64,000 nt of DNA, from the NCBI GenBank assembly GCA_965112155.1, contig OZ218102.1. One strand, given 5' to 3'. Under the pieces are notes generated by a model that was given only the letters and a program-made list of their open reading frames with translations, was not told the origin of the DNA and searched no databases. Shown here one piece after another: positions 12,186 through 25,060 of the stretch. Both the position numbers and the translations under genes were made by a program. Position 1 is the stretch's first letter. Each line of letters opens with the position of its first letter. The stretch comes from Podarcis liolepis. Its lineage: Eukaryota.

Positions 12186-12778
12186 TACAATACGATACGA
12201 TAATCTTTATTGTCATTGTCCCATACAGAGCAACGGAATGGGGGTGGGAATCTACATCAGACTTTCAAAAACCAACAAGCCTGCTATCCCAGACTGGTTA
12301 GCCCCCTAAAAACTCTGATACCCCATAATTAAATACAATATACTCCCATAGAGACTACCTTACACTGCGTTTAAAACCAAAATCGCATTTGAATAGAAAT
12401 TGTTTCTCAGGCGGCTAGTCCTAGTCTTTATAACCCTATACCTTCTTCCAGAAGGCAGAAGCTGAAAGAGGTCATTTCTGGGGTGCGCACTGTCCTGCAC
12501 TATCTCTGCAGCTTTCTTATGACACCTGGAAGCATAGATTTGATCCAAGGTGGGAAGAGTGCACCCAATTATTCTCTCCGTAGTCCTTACAACCCTGGAC
12601 AGCGTTGTTTTTTCCCCTGACCGTACAGCTCCCAAACCACACACAGAGACCATATGTTAATACACTCTCAATAGTACAATGGTAAAAGGCCATCAACGGG
12701 TCCTTTGAGAGATTGTTTTTCCGGAGGATTCTCAGAAAATATAACCTCTGCTGTGCTCTCTTCATCAGGTCTTTGCTG
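12186..12778 (-). mobile_element. Rex1/Babar-type LINE 3' fragment, frameshifted
   Basis: KRAQQRLYFLRILRK...FYHCTIESVLTY...VWFGSC and RVVRTTERIIG...LFQLLPSGRRYR lie in two frames, followed by AATAAA and an (ATCGT)n-like tail. Confidence 0.8.
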
Positions 12779-13307
12779 TCTTTTATGATTCTATGTAAGT
12801 AGAGGAGCTTGTGGTCAAAGGACTGGCTTGTAATCGCAACTGGAGAGGGAAGCAAGACCCTTGACTTCCACCCATCTGCTCCTCAAAAGCAACCCTCCAG
12901 TAGAATAAGCTGTTGCCCCGGTACCTATAGCCCATCCTATGGAACAGCTAAGGAATGTGCCACTGTGTCTGAAAAGCAATCAGACCTGGTGCCAAAAAAC
13001 CTATCAACTGACTCCCATATAAAGGTAAGCTGGTTAGAGAAAGCCCGCAGGAAGCCACATCTGCAGTAACCCACCCTGAGCATAAGGCCTACACACAGCT
13101 CATCTGTACTGTGCAGGACCTTGGCACAAACAGCAGTACTTGTGCCCATGGGGAAACATTGACCCCTTGAAACAGTTCTAGAATAATGTTAGAAATTACC
13201 CAATTGCAACCATGTGGAGATCTCTGGACGCCAGGCTAGCGACTGAAATCTCCATCTGGCTGGCCTCTCCAGATTTCTTAAGCAGGTAAGCAGAAGAGCT
13301 AATCTAT

Positions 13308-13507
13308 TGCATTTATATCCCACCTTTTTTTCCAAAGAGTACATGGTTTATCCGCTCCTCAGTTAATCCCTACAACGACCCTGCGAAGTAGGTTAAGAGG
13401 CTGTGACTGGCCCAAAGTCACCCAGTGAACTTTATGACCGAGTGAGGATTTGAACCCTGATCTTCCAGGTCCCAGTCTGACACTCTAACCACCAAACCAC
13501 ACTGGCT
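13308..13507 (-). mobile_element. tRNA-derived MIR/Squam-like SINE
   Basis: Reverse-complement A/B boxes and the core GGGTGACTTTGGGCCAGTCAC. Similar copies near 32590, 38760, 46590 and 61075. Confidence 0.65.
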
Positions 13508-14411
13508 TCCTAGAGTATTTCTGCTACAGGACAGCTCTATAAATTAAGTAGGTAAATAAATATGGGGAAAGTAAATGTAACTTAGAGAAGGATCAGAAAT
13601 ATGTTCCTTGAAGCTTTAATCTGTTTTGTTCTGTATTGTTTTATTTGATGTTTTAAGGCGTTACTAACCATTTTGAGATTTTCTCTTAAAAATATAAAGA
13701 AAAAAAAATAAAATGACTATAGAAATAAAATGAGTAATAGTGATGATAATAAATTTCCTTGATGAAATAATTGTGCCTAGACATTCTGCTGTGGCAACTG
13801 TAACCAGGGTTTAAGGTGCCATTTGGCAATTGGTTTATATATCTGAGTTTAGAATGAGTATCAATGATGTCACAAAAGCTTCCCCACATCAAGAGGCTCC
13901 TTTCTGTTTGTGGGTTACTGGTGGCTGTGCAAAAGGGAAGAAATATTTCCAGAAAATGACATGTTGCAGTTGCTCTTAAAAGCATTTTTTTGATTTTTAG
14001 AATGCCTACTTTTCCAGAGGGTGGGAGAATCCTAAGGAGGACTGGAAACTTTTTACAGAGATTAAGAACCTGAATGTCCCAAGTACCTCCAGTAACATTC
14101 AGTTAGCTGGTCACTGTAATAAATTTTTTAATAATTATATTATTTATACCCCACACATCCCTGTAATTTAGTCACTAATAAAATAGTGTCACAACACTGT
14201 CCATATATTCTGTTCTATTACTGGTAGGACTATTTGCTTTGTCCTCATAATGCCCTTGCGCTATTTGCTCTACAGTTGTGGTGGCATGTGCAAAGTTGTC
14301 TGTTTTTGCTACAACTGTATCCATTATGTGTCTGGTTTCTTTGAATTACAGGCCCTGAAACTATATCCCTTGAGAGTACAGCTACAGCACCTGACTTATG
14401 CAACCCATCTA

Positions 14412-14648
<237 letters not shown>

Positions 14649-15329
14649 CTAAATTCCAGTTTCTGAAAAAAGGATTATTTTATTTAAGAGTCAAAAGTAG
14701 TACAGCGAAGGCACCTGCCAGCTGTCAATAGGCAAACGGGGGGGGGGGGTTTGGAAACACAGTAAGGAGCGCCAAACTTCCATTAGATTTCCAAAAGCAG
14801 TTTTTACACTGTGTGAAAGATTGCATAAAATGTTGGAATTATCAGATATGGGTGCATCAGGAGAAAGGGGAAAAATTGCTATCTGAATGTAGTCTTTGTT
14901 TCTAGCTATTAGAGATCCTTTTTTTTAAAAAAAAGCACATAACTCAAACTTAATAAAGCAAGATTGAATCTCCTGCTATGAAATAGTAACTTAATGAAGA
15001 ATTAGAAGCTTAGGTTGGGAAGTTACTGCCAAGTATTCAATCTAGCACCACTGAAGAGCTTTTTGGGATGATAAAACGCTTTTAAAAGCATTTCTAATGC
15101 ATCAAGTTATATAAAATGATGAACTATACACAAACCACGCTGCTTTAAAAAAATACTGGTGACATCTGAAACACATTCAGCCCAAAACAAAGTAGGCATT
15201 AAGATGGTGGTAATCAACAAGCCAAGTCAAAACAAACACAAAACCACAGAAATAAATCCCTCTTTATGAACAGAGGGGTGTAATTCAGGTTGCCTGCAAA
15301 CAAAGCTGTACAATGCATTTGACCGTCAC

Positions 15330-15428
15330 CTCTCATCTTTCTCCTTGCGCGACATCTTCCTATTGTCTGCTTCAGAGAGCTTTCGAGTTACTTCTTTGGA
15401 AACGGCATCTTCCCTCTTCTGGGCTACT
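15330..15428 (-). CDS. SSR3: SSR3 exon 3
   Basis: Acceptor ctttcag|A GTA GCC and donor AG|gtgacg. Translates (K)[32 protein letters not shown](R); 99 nt. Confidence 0.96.
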
Positions 15429-15782
15429 CTGAAAGAGAAAGCATTTTACATTCCCGATGTTTTTGGGGTGAGGAGATCAGAATAAATTCAAGGATACTAG
15501 CCATTTCATAAAATGCCCTCCGCACTGTGAAAGACTCACTGCCCATATTGCAGAGCCACAAGGCCGGCAAGCCCCATCTCAATGGTTCCAATCACAGGGT
15601 TGTAACCAATGTTAATGGGTTTGCTGAAAAGAATAGCCAGGACTAACTTAGGCCCATTGATGTTTGTAGGTTTACTCTGAATATAACTGTTAGATACAAC
15701 ACAGAGTTCACTGAAGGAGAAACAAACAGTTGGAACCATCCAACTAGGAGCAGGATGCATGAATATTTACTAGGGTCTAAGT

Positions 15783-16106
15783 CAGGATAGTCTAACCTGC
15801 AGCCCACAAGGCGTTTTTGGCGGCCCTCAGCAACGTTCAAGATAAAAAAAATCTTTATGCCTTATTTTTTGTGTCATGCATTCTTAACAAAAGTGCATAC
15901 ATCTGTTTGAGTATTAAATTTGTTTAATAATTAAATCTATTAATTGTGTATTTAATTATATATATTAATTGGTTTTTTAAAGTATTATTAAACCTATTGT
16001 GAACACTTTAATTTATGATATGGAAATGGAATTCAGTGTGCGGCCTGCGAATTCTGTGTTGAAGTACTATTGCAGCCCGCTTGGTACAGAAAATTGGACC
16101 ACCCTG
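15783..16106. mobile_element. hAT MITE in SSR3 intron 2
   Basis: CAGGATAGTCTAAC...ATTGGACCACCCTG with perfect TSD GTCTAAGT. Confidence 0.8.
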
Positions 16107-16424
16107 GTCTAAGTAAAAGTACAAGTGCTCTTCCAAAGAAAACGTCCATTCAAAATATTTTTTGTCCAAAATTAAAAGTCATGTAAAGCTATGATATTAA
16201 CTTTAACGGATATTGCCTAGTTCTGGAACTGTCTTGCTTCATAGACCCTCCAAAGACCATCTCCAGAAATACAGAAAGGCTGATCTGAAATGGTTTTTAG
16301 TAGCCAGGGTGATGTAGTCTGAGGGAATATCACAAGATATTTGCTAGCTCCCATTCATTTTCCCCATAAACATCCTAACCCACCCCAAGCACTAGAAATA
16401 TAAAAGAACTGTCCAAATGCTTAC

Positions 16425-16551
16425 TTGTGCTTAAGAACAAACTTTACATTCTTGTAGGCAAAAGCCACCAGATATGTACTGACAAGGGTCATAACGCTGT
16501 AGAGAACTGCCGACTGAACAAGATCCATGTGCCATATTCGCCAGTAGAGCC
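16425..16551 (-). CDS. SSR3: SSR3 exon 2
   Basis: Acceptor ccttag|GG CTC and donor AA|gtaagc. Translates (W)[41 protein letters not shown](K); 127 nt. Confidence 0.97.
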
Positions 16552-16686
16552 CTAAGGAAAAAACATTGTGCAGGTGGTTAAGATTTTTGAACGCAGAACG
16601 TGTCTCCAGTTTTAACCCCTGGAAAGCCACTGCCAGTCAGTTTAGCTAGACTGACCAACGGGCCCACCTCTATATAAGGCAGCTAC

Positions 16687-16875
16687 GTTGGGAAAGATGG
16701 AGGGCACAAGGAGAAGGGGACGACAGAGGACGAGATGGTTGGATAGTGTTCTCGAAGCTACCAGCATGAGTTTGACCAAAGTGCAGGAGGCAGTGGAAGA
16801 CAGGAATGCCTGGCATGCTCTGGTCCATGGGGTCACAAAGAGTCGGACATGACTAAATGACTAAGCAACAACAAC
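16687..16875 (+). mobile_element. BovB (RTE) LINE 3' end
   Basis: Encodes LGKMEGTRRRGRQRTRWLDSV and ends in GTCCATGGGGTCACAAAGAGTCGGACATGACT plus a (CAA)n tail. Confidence 0.85.
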
Positions 16876-17624
16876 TCATGTTGATTAGCTGAACAATGTA
16901 TCTCCAGTTTACATACTGTTTTGGATAATCTTCTATTCTACCTTCTACCACATATGTCTTCCTTTGCCTGAACAGCAGCATGCAAAATAATAAAGGAAAG
17001 GGAGTATCTGAATGTGAAAGAAATACGTCATCTTTGGACTGACCCAACAACTAACAGAATGCCACATTCACAAGGATGAATAGCTTCAGAAGCATTGTGT
17101 GAAACTGATTTCAAGCACATTTGTCTTTTCTTTTCTTTTCATTTTACTAACTACAGTCAACGAACATGATAACACCCAACAAAGGTGTAGCAATGCCACC
17201 TAGTGGTCTATTATTCTAAATAGTTTTTGAAACCCTTTGCTCTTCAAATCCTTAAAGCACACGCAGACCTTAGAAACTTGACTTGGGGCTTTCTACACTT
17301 CCACCTGTCCTGTGCCTAAAAAACACAGGTTTGGGCAGTTTACTGCTTGTCTAGTGCTTTCTAGGGACAGGTCTGTGGTTTTGCCTTTGCCCAGCCACTT
17401 TCCCCCAGGAAACCCACAGAGAACAACAATCCACAGGAAACTCGGTTGCTGTTGTTCCAATTCAACACTAAACCGCGTTTTACTGGGGGGGGAAGTGGAT
17501 GGGCTAATGGAAATGTAGATGAGCAGCCAATTTTGTTTATTTGTCTCACATCAGCACATTGTCCCCTTTAGTGAGAATCAGTGGTATACAGGCACTTCTA
17601 TAATCTTGCATGGAGCCTGAAGTA

Positions 17625-17866
17625 CAGTGGTACCTCGGGTTAAGTACTTAATTCGTTCCGGAGGTCCGTTCTTAACCTGAAACTGTTCTTAACCTGAAGC
17701 ACCACTTTAGCTAATGGGGCCTCCCGCTGCTGCTGCGCCGCCAGAGCACAATTTCTGTTCTTATCCTGAAGCAAAGTTCTTAACCCGAGGTACTATTTCT
17801 GGGTTTGCGGAGTCTGTAACCTGAAGCGTATGCAAACTGAAGCGTATGTAACCCGAGGTACCACTG
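17625..17866. mobile_element. Tc1/mariner (Tigger-like) MITE
   Basis: TA|CAGTGGTACCTCGGGTTA...TAACCCGAGGTACCACTG|TA; one of five similar copies in the window. Confidence 0.9.
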
Positions 17867-18759
17867 TATATATTATAAGCTGTCACCTTTTCTGCCTCTC
17901 TCAATCTATACCAAAGAAGTGGATAATATGAACCACATAGCAATACTTCCATATTCTCTTTGTGATGTTCAAAAAAGAGACATACTTTAATAATAATAAT
18001 AATTCTTATATCCCACTGCAATGCGTGTCCACAGTGAATAACAGCTTTGAAGTTAAGAGAAGGCCAGAAGCACCCTAAAGAGGAAGAGGAAATGCCATTT
18101 TAAGCTTAAGAACAATATGGACAGTTGGAATATGTGCCGATTCAAGTTACAAGAAAGGAGATTCCGACTAAACACCAGGAAGAAATTTCTGACAGTAATT
18201 GCAGTTTCCTGACAAACTCCCATTGTTCTAGGCACATTTTTGTGACAGGGAATTTCATGAGCTCTGGGCGCAGTACTGCACCTAAGATTTCAGATTAAAA
18301 CTGCAGAGTGGAAGGAAATGAGGACCTTTTTCTGCCTTCCCACTTCCAGCTACTCTCCGGAGACTGAAGAGACAAGACCCTCTTAAGAATATTAGGGGGG
18401 TGGGCAGGGGAAGGACCAGCTGCCATTCATTCATTTTCAGCTTTGTATTCTTGTTATTTTTAAAAAGTGCATTGTGGCACCTGTATCCTAGGTTTAAGGC
18501 GCCATTTAGCTACTAGCTTTCCTATCTCCCGTTTCTAACACTGGGTGGGGCACACCTTCCTTGGGAAGTTTTTAGGCAGAAGCTGAATAACCATATGTCA
18601 CGGTTACTTTAAATTGAGATTTCTGCATTGCAGTAAGGGAGCTGGACTGGATGACCCTAGATTACTTCCAATTCTGCAATTCCGTGATTCTAGGTCGAAG
18701 GGCCGTCCGTCATTGCCTCTCTAGCTGTGGCCCCTGCACTGCAGCAGGGGGTTGGGCTG

Positions 18760-19570
18760 GATGACCTTCGGGGGTCCCCTTCGAACCCCGAAATCTGTGG
18801 CCTTTCCTATCCGGATTCGCCCGAAGACCGCGCCCCGGGAGGAGCCTCGCGTGTGGGGGAGGTGGATCCCTGCCTCCCCCGCTGCTGACAGAGCAGCTCT
18901 TCCAGGGCGAAGAGAGGGAGACGTGGCAACCCAACCCTTCCTCACTCACAGATGGGGATGGCAGAGACGATGAACGCGTTGCCGAAGAAGAGCGCCGACG
19001 ACTTGGCCGACAAGTTACGGCTGAAATCCTGCAGGAGAAGCTCCTCCTCGGACTGCTGCCGGGCCCCGCCGCTGCTGCCGCCACTACCGCCCTTGGGAGC
19101 CATCGCTGTCGCTTCCTTCTGTCTCCCGAGCTCGAAAGGAAGACCGGGACTGGCCCCGCGCGGCTGCCGTACTCGCCCACGAAAGCACACGCGGCGCAAC
19201 GGCCTGGGAGGCGGGACTTCCGGCGACCAACGGCCGCTCTCCTCACAGAGTACTTCCGCTGTCGCCTGTCAATTCCACACACCCCAACCGCCGCTGTCCC
19301 CCGTTTCTCTCGATAGAATTATTATCTCTACCGCGGAGCTACGAGTGTTTGGATAATAGCAGAGAGTAAGTCTGTGTAGCATTAAAAAAGAAAAAGAAAA
19401 AGTAATAAGCAAGGAGAATTGGGCCAAGCCTGTACATCCGGGTCATCAGGACTCGGCTGACGTGTCCTTTGCTTGGATTCAGGGGCGGGGCTTGTGGGCA
19501 GAGTCTTACTGGCTTTTCTCTGCAGCCGGGATTGAAAAGCGGAGGGGGCGTGGCTTGCAGAGTCTGCATT
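18760..19570. promoter_or_regulatory. CpG-island promoter of SSR3
   Basis: High CpG density around exon 1, ETS/GABP-type CCGGAAGT and CGGAAGT on - near 19215-19260, and GC boxes near 19482 and 19545. Confidence 0.8.
18950..19103 (-). CDS. SSR3: SSR3 exon 1 coding part
   Basis: ATG at 19103 in gcgATGG context. Translates [51 protein letters not shown]; donor T|gtgagt. The five exons sum to 579 nt (192 aa plus stop). Confidence 0.97.
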
Positions 19571-21804
19571 GAAGCCCATTGTGTTTTGGCTCAGCTGCAG
19601 AATAAACGGTGCATATTTTTATATAGGGTAGCGACCTCTTGGTTTCCCACTCTGAATACTGCTTAATTCGTGCGTGTAGGTATCTTTTTTATTTTATTTT
19701 ATTTTTTTAGTGGTAGTTATGCTGCTTTACGAAGAAGTTTAATACGACCTCCGTTTTAGAGCATAAATAAATTGATGTTTTAGATTTGCTTTTGAAAACG
19801 GAGCGGTGATTTTTGTAACGTGGTCAGAAGTTGGCTTTTGTTTATTTCCATACGTTCCTCCTGTTCTGTCTGTACTAACAGCAATTAGTGGAAAAAGTTA
19901 TATGTTAAAGATGGCTAGGGGTCTACTAAGTGGGTAGAAGTCTTGAATTGTTGAGATTGCTTGAGAAATTAGCTGCCCTGTCTCAAGTTTTCCACAACGG
20001 GCTGTGTTTTCCCCCTGCAAAAGCCGATGCTTTTCAGTTCCTCGCTTTAAAAGTCTGGCAATAACTGGGAGCATAGGGAGGCTGGAACAGAGGTTTTCAT
20101 GTAAGACTCTGTTCAGGATATTCTTTTGCACTTGTATAGTGTTCAGGGATATTCCAGTGTATCATGAGCAGACTTTTCCAGCTATCCTGTGTCTATGGTT
20201 CTTCTACTCCACTTTGCCCATGGGGATCAGTGTGATCTCTGCAAGGGTGCAGTGTGGGTGGTGAATAAATAAAGTGAGTGTTTTAAAGTAATTGTACAGG
20301 GTTGGCTCGCAATATTAGGTTGCTGCTTATCTGGGAGTATTCCCTATTGAACTCAATAGGGCTTACATTTGAGTAAGACATGTGGAGCCATTGTGAGGAG
20401 CCATTGACAGTTGTACTCTTGTTTTGATATCAGTTCCCATAGCACTGAAAGCACAGTGCTGTCATGGCTGAAATTAATGATTAGTTGTTGCTTAAGGTGG
20501 TGAACACCAGTACCACTACTCCTTTTTAGTGAGGAAATATTGCCCGCAGGAAGACTGACCACCCATTTTTTTATGCATAGACATGATATTTTGGCACTAA
20601 AATGTAAAAACTAAAGGGTGGGAAATCCCAAAGCCTCTTTCATTGTTTGAGTAATACCTTTTAGAAATACAATCAATCCATTTTTTAAATGTAAATCCTA
20701 TTGAGTTCAATAGTGCATACTGCCAGATAAATGGGTATAAGATTGCTGCCTATAAGACCTTTGCCCATTAGATGATGCTGTAGCATTTCATTCAACCTGC
20801 ATGAAAAGGAATGTGGATGTTAAGATTTTTGTAGAATTTACCCCTCTGCACACAAAATTCTAATAACAATTTTGTGTATTTGCATGTCTAATTTTGTATG
20901 TCAGAATTTTTGAATGCTTAAATATTTGCCAGATTTTTGCCCAAATATTATATTTTGGTATTTAGTATGCTAGCTTCCATTGATGTAAATTGCTGTGGGA
21001 GCCTTTTTTAGCTAAAGAGCCAATTATTGGCATGCTTTGGCGTTACTGTAAAGTAGCAGAGGTACAAAACCTGACTTTGGGAGCCTTCCTAGCCTTGCGC
21101 AGCCTCAGAGTAAATTCAGACTTGTAGTACACAGCAATATGCAGCCTCCATAAAAGGAGTCTGAGATATGGGGCGGGGGCAGGGGGGGAGAGAGAGAGAG
21201 AGCTCAATGAGGCACCTAGTGGCCAAAAGTAAATAACTGCCACTGTGGAGCTTCTCCAGCTTTTAGAAGACTGCCTAATAACATGCTTATCAGCCCCAAA
21301 ACTCATTTTTTCTCTTCTCAAACAGGTACTCCTTACTTGAAAAAAGCCTCCATAGAATGAATCAGCTGTTAAGCCTGCTTTACCTAAGTGTTCTCTGGAA
21401 GCCGCCCTTGTCGAAAGCTTAGTTCCAGGGTGAATTTTTGTGGTTGCAAAATACACATAGCCTACGGCAGTTCTGTTTCACATGGAAATTGACTGCTTCA
21501 GAAATTTGTGCCAGTCAGCTAAGGGTAAATCTCGTTCCAAACAAGGTTTCAGAAGTGATAGCTATATTTAGTGATTGGTGAATAAGTTTTAAATGTGGAA
21601 AGAAGGACCTGTAGTTATTCCCAAGGGCTTCTGCAATATGATCTTTGTAGGCATGAAATATACTGTCCTAACTCCTGGAAATGGTTATGTATCGATACTT
21701 AAATATTCTTGGGACCTAAATTTAGATAGATATTTAAAAACAGAGTTAATTAGCTCCATGTAAATAGTCTTGTTGCGAAGCATTAACACATGATAGTACA
21801 GCTG

Positions 21805-21806
<2 letters not shown>

Positions 21807-21851
<45 letters not shown>
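21807..21851 (+). repeat. (AAT)n microsatellite
   Basis: About 14-15 tandem units. Confidence 0.95.
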
Positions 21852-24044
21852 TGGTTTCCCCAGCCAATCTGTGTACATCTGGGAGTGCTTGGATTTAGTA
21901 TGCAGTTAAACAGCAGTATACCTTGAAAGGGAGCACTGTTTCTTAAAATGTACTCTTAGAGAATAAATTTAATGCCTTGGGCCTGCAATAAAGTAGATTT
22001 CTGGCATCTGGAGCTCTTGGCAGTCCTTTTTTTTCTTCATGCTTGAAACAAGCTGACTTCAAAACATGGCTTTGAAGCTGACTTGTTCCAACCAACTCTT
22101 AAGATTAACTACAGTTTAGGATTCAGACAGAATGCTAAACTACACAATGGAAAAACAGAAGCAGAAACTTCCATTCTCCTCCTCATGGTCACTGGAGGAA
22201 GCAAGGGGAGGGAGAAGTCTTAGGCTTGCTGAAACTCATTCCTATCATCACAAGCCAAGATTTAGTGTGAAATTCAACCAGGCCTTATTTCTAGTTCGGT
22301 AATATGGGCAGATACCCTAACAAGGCCCATATGTGGAAACCCTACACTGGGCGCATTATATGCCATATTGTTTTTACGATTTTTGATGCCCCAGTTTGAT
22401 GCCTTGCATCTGTTTTCCAAACTATTAGTTACTGGGGACAAAGCCTGATCAATGTTTTCTCCCTTCTCATATGCCAACAACAGTCACAATGTCAGGCTGC
22501 AAGTCATGTTGACTTGAGCTGCTTTAAGGTTTTAGGTTTCTATTGTTTGTCTTGTAAATGCCTTAGGCCTGTTGGTATGGGAGGGGTTCCCCAGTTTCAA
22601 CAAAGGAATTCGTAACAGGATTGGTTCAATGACAGCAGGGATATTCAGATGCACTCTCTGATTGATCTGATACACACATTAAGATTTTATCTGCAACCTG
22701 ATGAAATTCTTGTCGCTGGGGCGGTGGAGAGTCGCTGAGTGGGGAACAATGCTTCAAGTGTCTCGTGACTCACGACGAATCCCCACAAGAGTCCAAAGGC
22801 TGCAACGTGTTTAGAAAACCTAATCAGATCACGGTTCAGCTTGTGACTCTAATACGTTTTTAGCTGTATCAGAAGATTAATGTGCTTCTCACCAAAGGGA
22901 CAGGCAGGGCTGCATCACGTACTTCATGTGAGATCTTAAAGCCTTCCTGGATGGTGTAGAATTCACAAGACAAAATAGTAATCCTTGATATGGTTGTATC
23001 CTTAATTGGGGCCTTAACTTGTAACCATGAAAATATTGGTGGTATATGTGTATGGATTTACAGGAGAGGGAAATGCAGATCTGACATGGGATTTCCCCAG
23101 TATGGAGGACTGGTATGTAGCCTACTTTGAGGATATGTTTTTGTGTATGCAATATCTTCTGTGTCATCTTCCTATCTGACCACACTGTCTCATGCCCAAA
23201 CATTCACCCATTCAGTGTTGGATAATATGTAGGTGAGTGTATTGTGCTGTTGTTAGCCAACATGGGGTCCTCACCATGTTGCTGGACTACAACTCCTCTC
23301 CTCCCTGGCTGGGGCTGATGGGAGTTGTAATCCAAAAATATATGGAGGGCACCATATTGGCTAGACATGTGTCCTGCTGTCCTACACAACAGATGTGATC
23401 AGTTGGCTGTTCCCTTCCCTCAAAGCCTTACCACCCGTAGCATGGGATCCCATTTTTAACAGAGGCCATCTTTGCTAATAATTTGTTTACCGGTAACTTC
23501 CAATTGCTTCAACAGATAGGCCAATGGATAGAGAGCATGCATTTCAGTGAACTAATTAATATGAAGCTAGAACTCTCACAACCAATAACAGTTACAATGG
23601 TTTCAAAAGTTCAGGCTGTGTTTGTCTTGAGTTGGTTTTTATTTACCTTCTTTTGGGGCTTATTTATTGGGGGCAAAATTTGTAAAACTACTGTTTCTGA
23701 AAATCGCTGTGTTCTGTATGCGAAATGACTACTTCACTTGTCTTGTCTGTATGATAACAGTGAACTGCTCTGAAAAATATCCAAAGCTGCCTTTGACATC
23801 ATAAATTTGTTCATAAAAAAATTACTGAACTAGCTTCAAGAGCAGCACGTTCTGCAACTGTGAGACACCCACTTCTTCATGTTCCCTTGCTGTTCAGTCA
23901 TGGCACATTGATGCTCTGATGGTACCTTCAATAAGGCATCCTTGGCTGATCTTAAAGGTGATAGAAAGCTTCTCACTGAAGACAGGTCCTCATAGCAACT
24001 GCCGGAGCTGTTGATTTAGCCAAGCTTAGGGTGCCTCAGATGTA

Positions 24045-25060
24045 CCGTATTTTTCGCACTATAGGACGCACTTTTTCCCCTCCAAAAATGAAGGGGAAAT
24101 GTGTGTGCGTCCTATGGTGCGAATGCAGGCTTTCGCTGAAGCCTGGAGAGCGAGAGGGGTCGGTGCGCACCGACCCCTCTCACTCTCCAGGCTTCAGGAG
24201 AGCCCCACCGCCAGCCCCACAAGCTCGGGGGACAGCGGGAGAGGCGCAGCGCGCCCTTCCCGCTGTCCCCCGACTTGGTTAGAAGGCTGGGGGGGGGAAG
24301 CCTGCTCCTCCCCGTCGCCAGCCCCACAAGCTCGGGGGACAGCGGGAGAGGCGCAGCGCGCCCTTCCCGCTGTCCCCCGACTTGGTTAGAAGGCTGGCGG
24401 GGGGGAAGCCTGCTCCTCCCCGTCGCCAGCCCCACAAGCTCGGGGGACAGCGGGAGAGGCGCAGCGCGCCCTTCCCGCTGTCCCCCGACTTGGTTAGAAG
24501 GCTGGCGAGGGGGGAAGCCTGCTCCTCCCCGTCGCCAGCCCCACAAGCTCGGGGGACAGCGGGAGAGGCGCAGCGCGCCCTTCCCGCTGTCCCCTGACTT
24601 GGTTAGAAGGCTGGCGGGGGGGAAGCCTGCTCCTCCCGGTCGCCAGCCCCACAAGCTCGGGAGACAGCGGGAGAGGCGCAGCGCGCCCTTCCCGCTGTCC
24701 CCCGACTTGGTTAGAAGGCTGGGGGGGGGAAGCCTGCTCCTCCCCGTCGCCAGCCCCACAAGCTCGGGGGACAGCAGGAGAGGCGCAGCGCGCCATCCCG
24801 CTGTCTCCCGACATGGTTTGGAGGCTGGCGGAGGGCTTACTCCTGCCCCAGCCCCGCAAGCTCCCAGAGCGATGCCAAAGCTGCGCGCAGCTTCGGCATG
24901 GCTCTGGGTCCCGTTCTGGGGGAGGGGGAAGATCGGGCTTCCCCCGCCCCTGCCCCGCGCCTGGCGGGGGGGGGATAAATTTTTTTGCCTTTATTTCCCC
25001 CCCCCCCCAAATCTAGGTGCGTCCTATGGACCAGTGCGTCCAATAGTGCGAAAAATGCGG
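24045..25060. mobile_element. non-autonomous Tc2/pogo-like DNA transposon with internal tandem array
   Basis: 28-bp TIRs CCGTATTTTTCGCACTATAGGACGCACT (2 mismatches) and TA TSD. Confidence 0.88.
24209..24830. repeat. GC-rich tandem repeat, 107-109-bp unit, about 5.8 copies
   Basis: Units start at 24209, 24316, 24424, 24533, 24641 and 24748, and each contains an inverted repeat. Confidence 0.93.

Noticed and set aside
18710-19356. 190-aa and 134-aa ORFs over SSR3 exon 1
   Set aside because: Alternative-frame or antisense read-through of a CpG island; the real frame is identified by homology.
22570-22860. Possible LTR or ncRNA-like segment
   Set aside because: No TSD, matching termini or recognisable RNA motif could be established.
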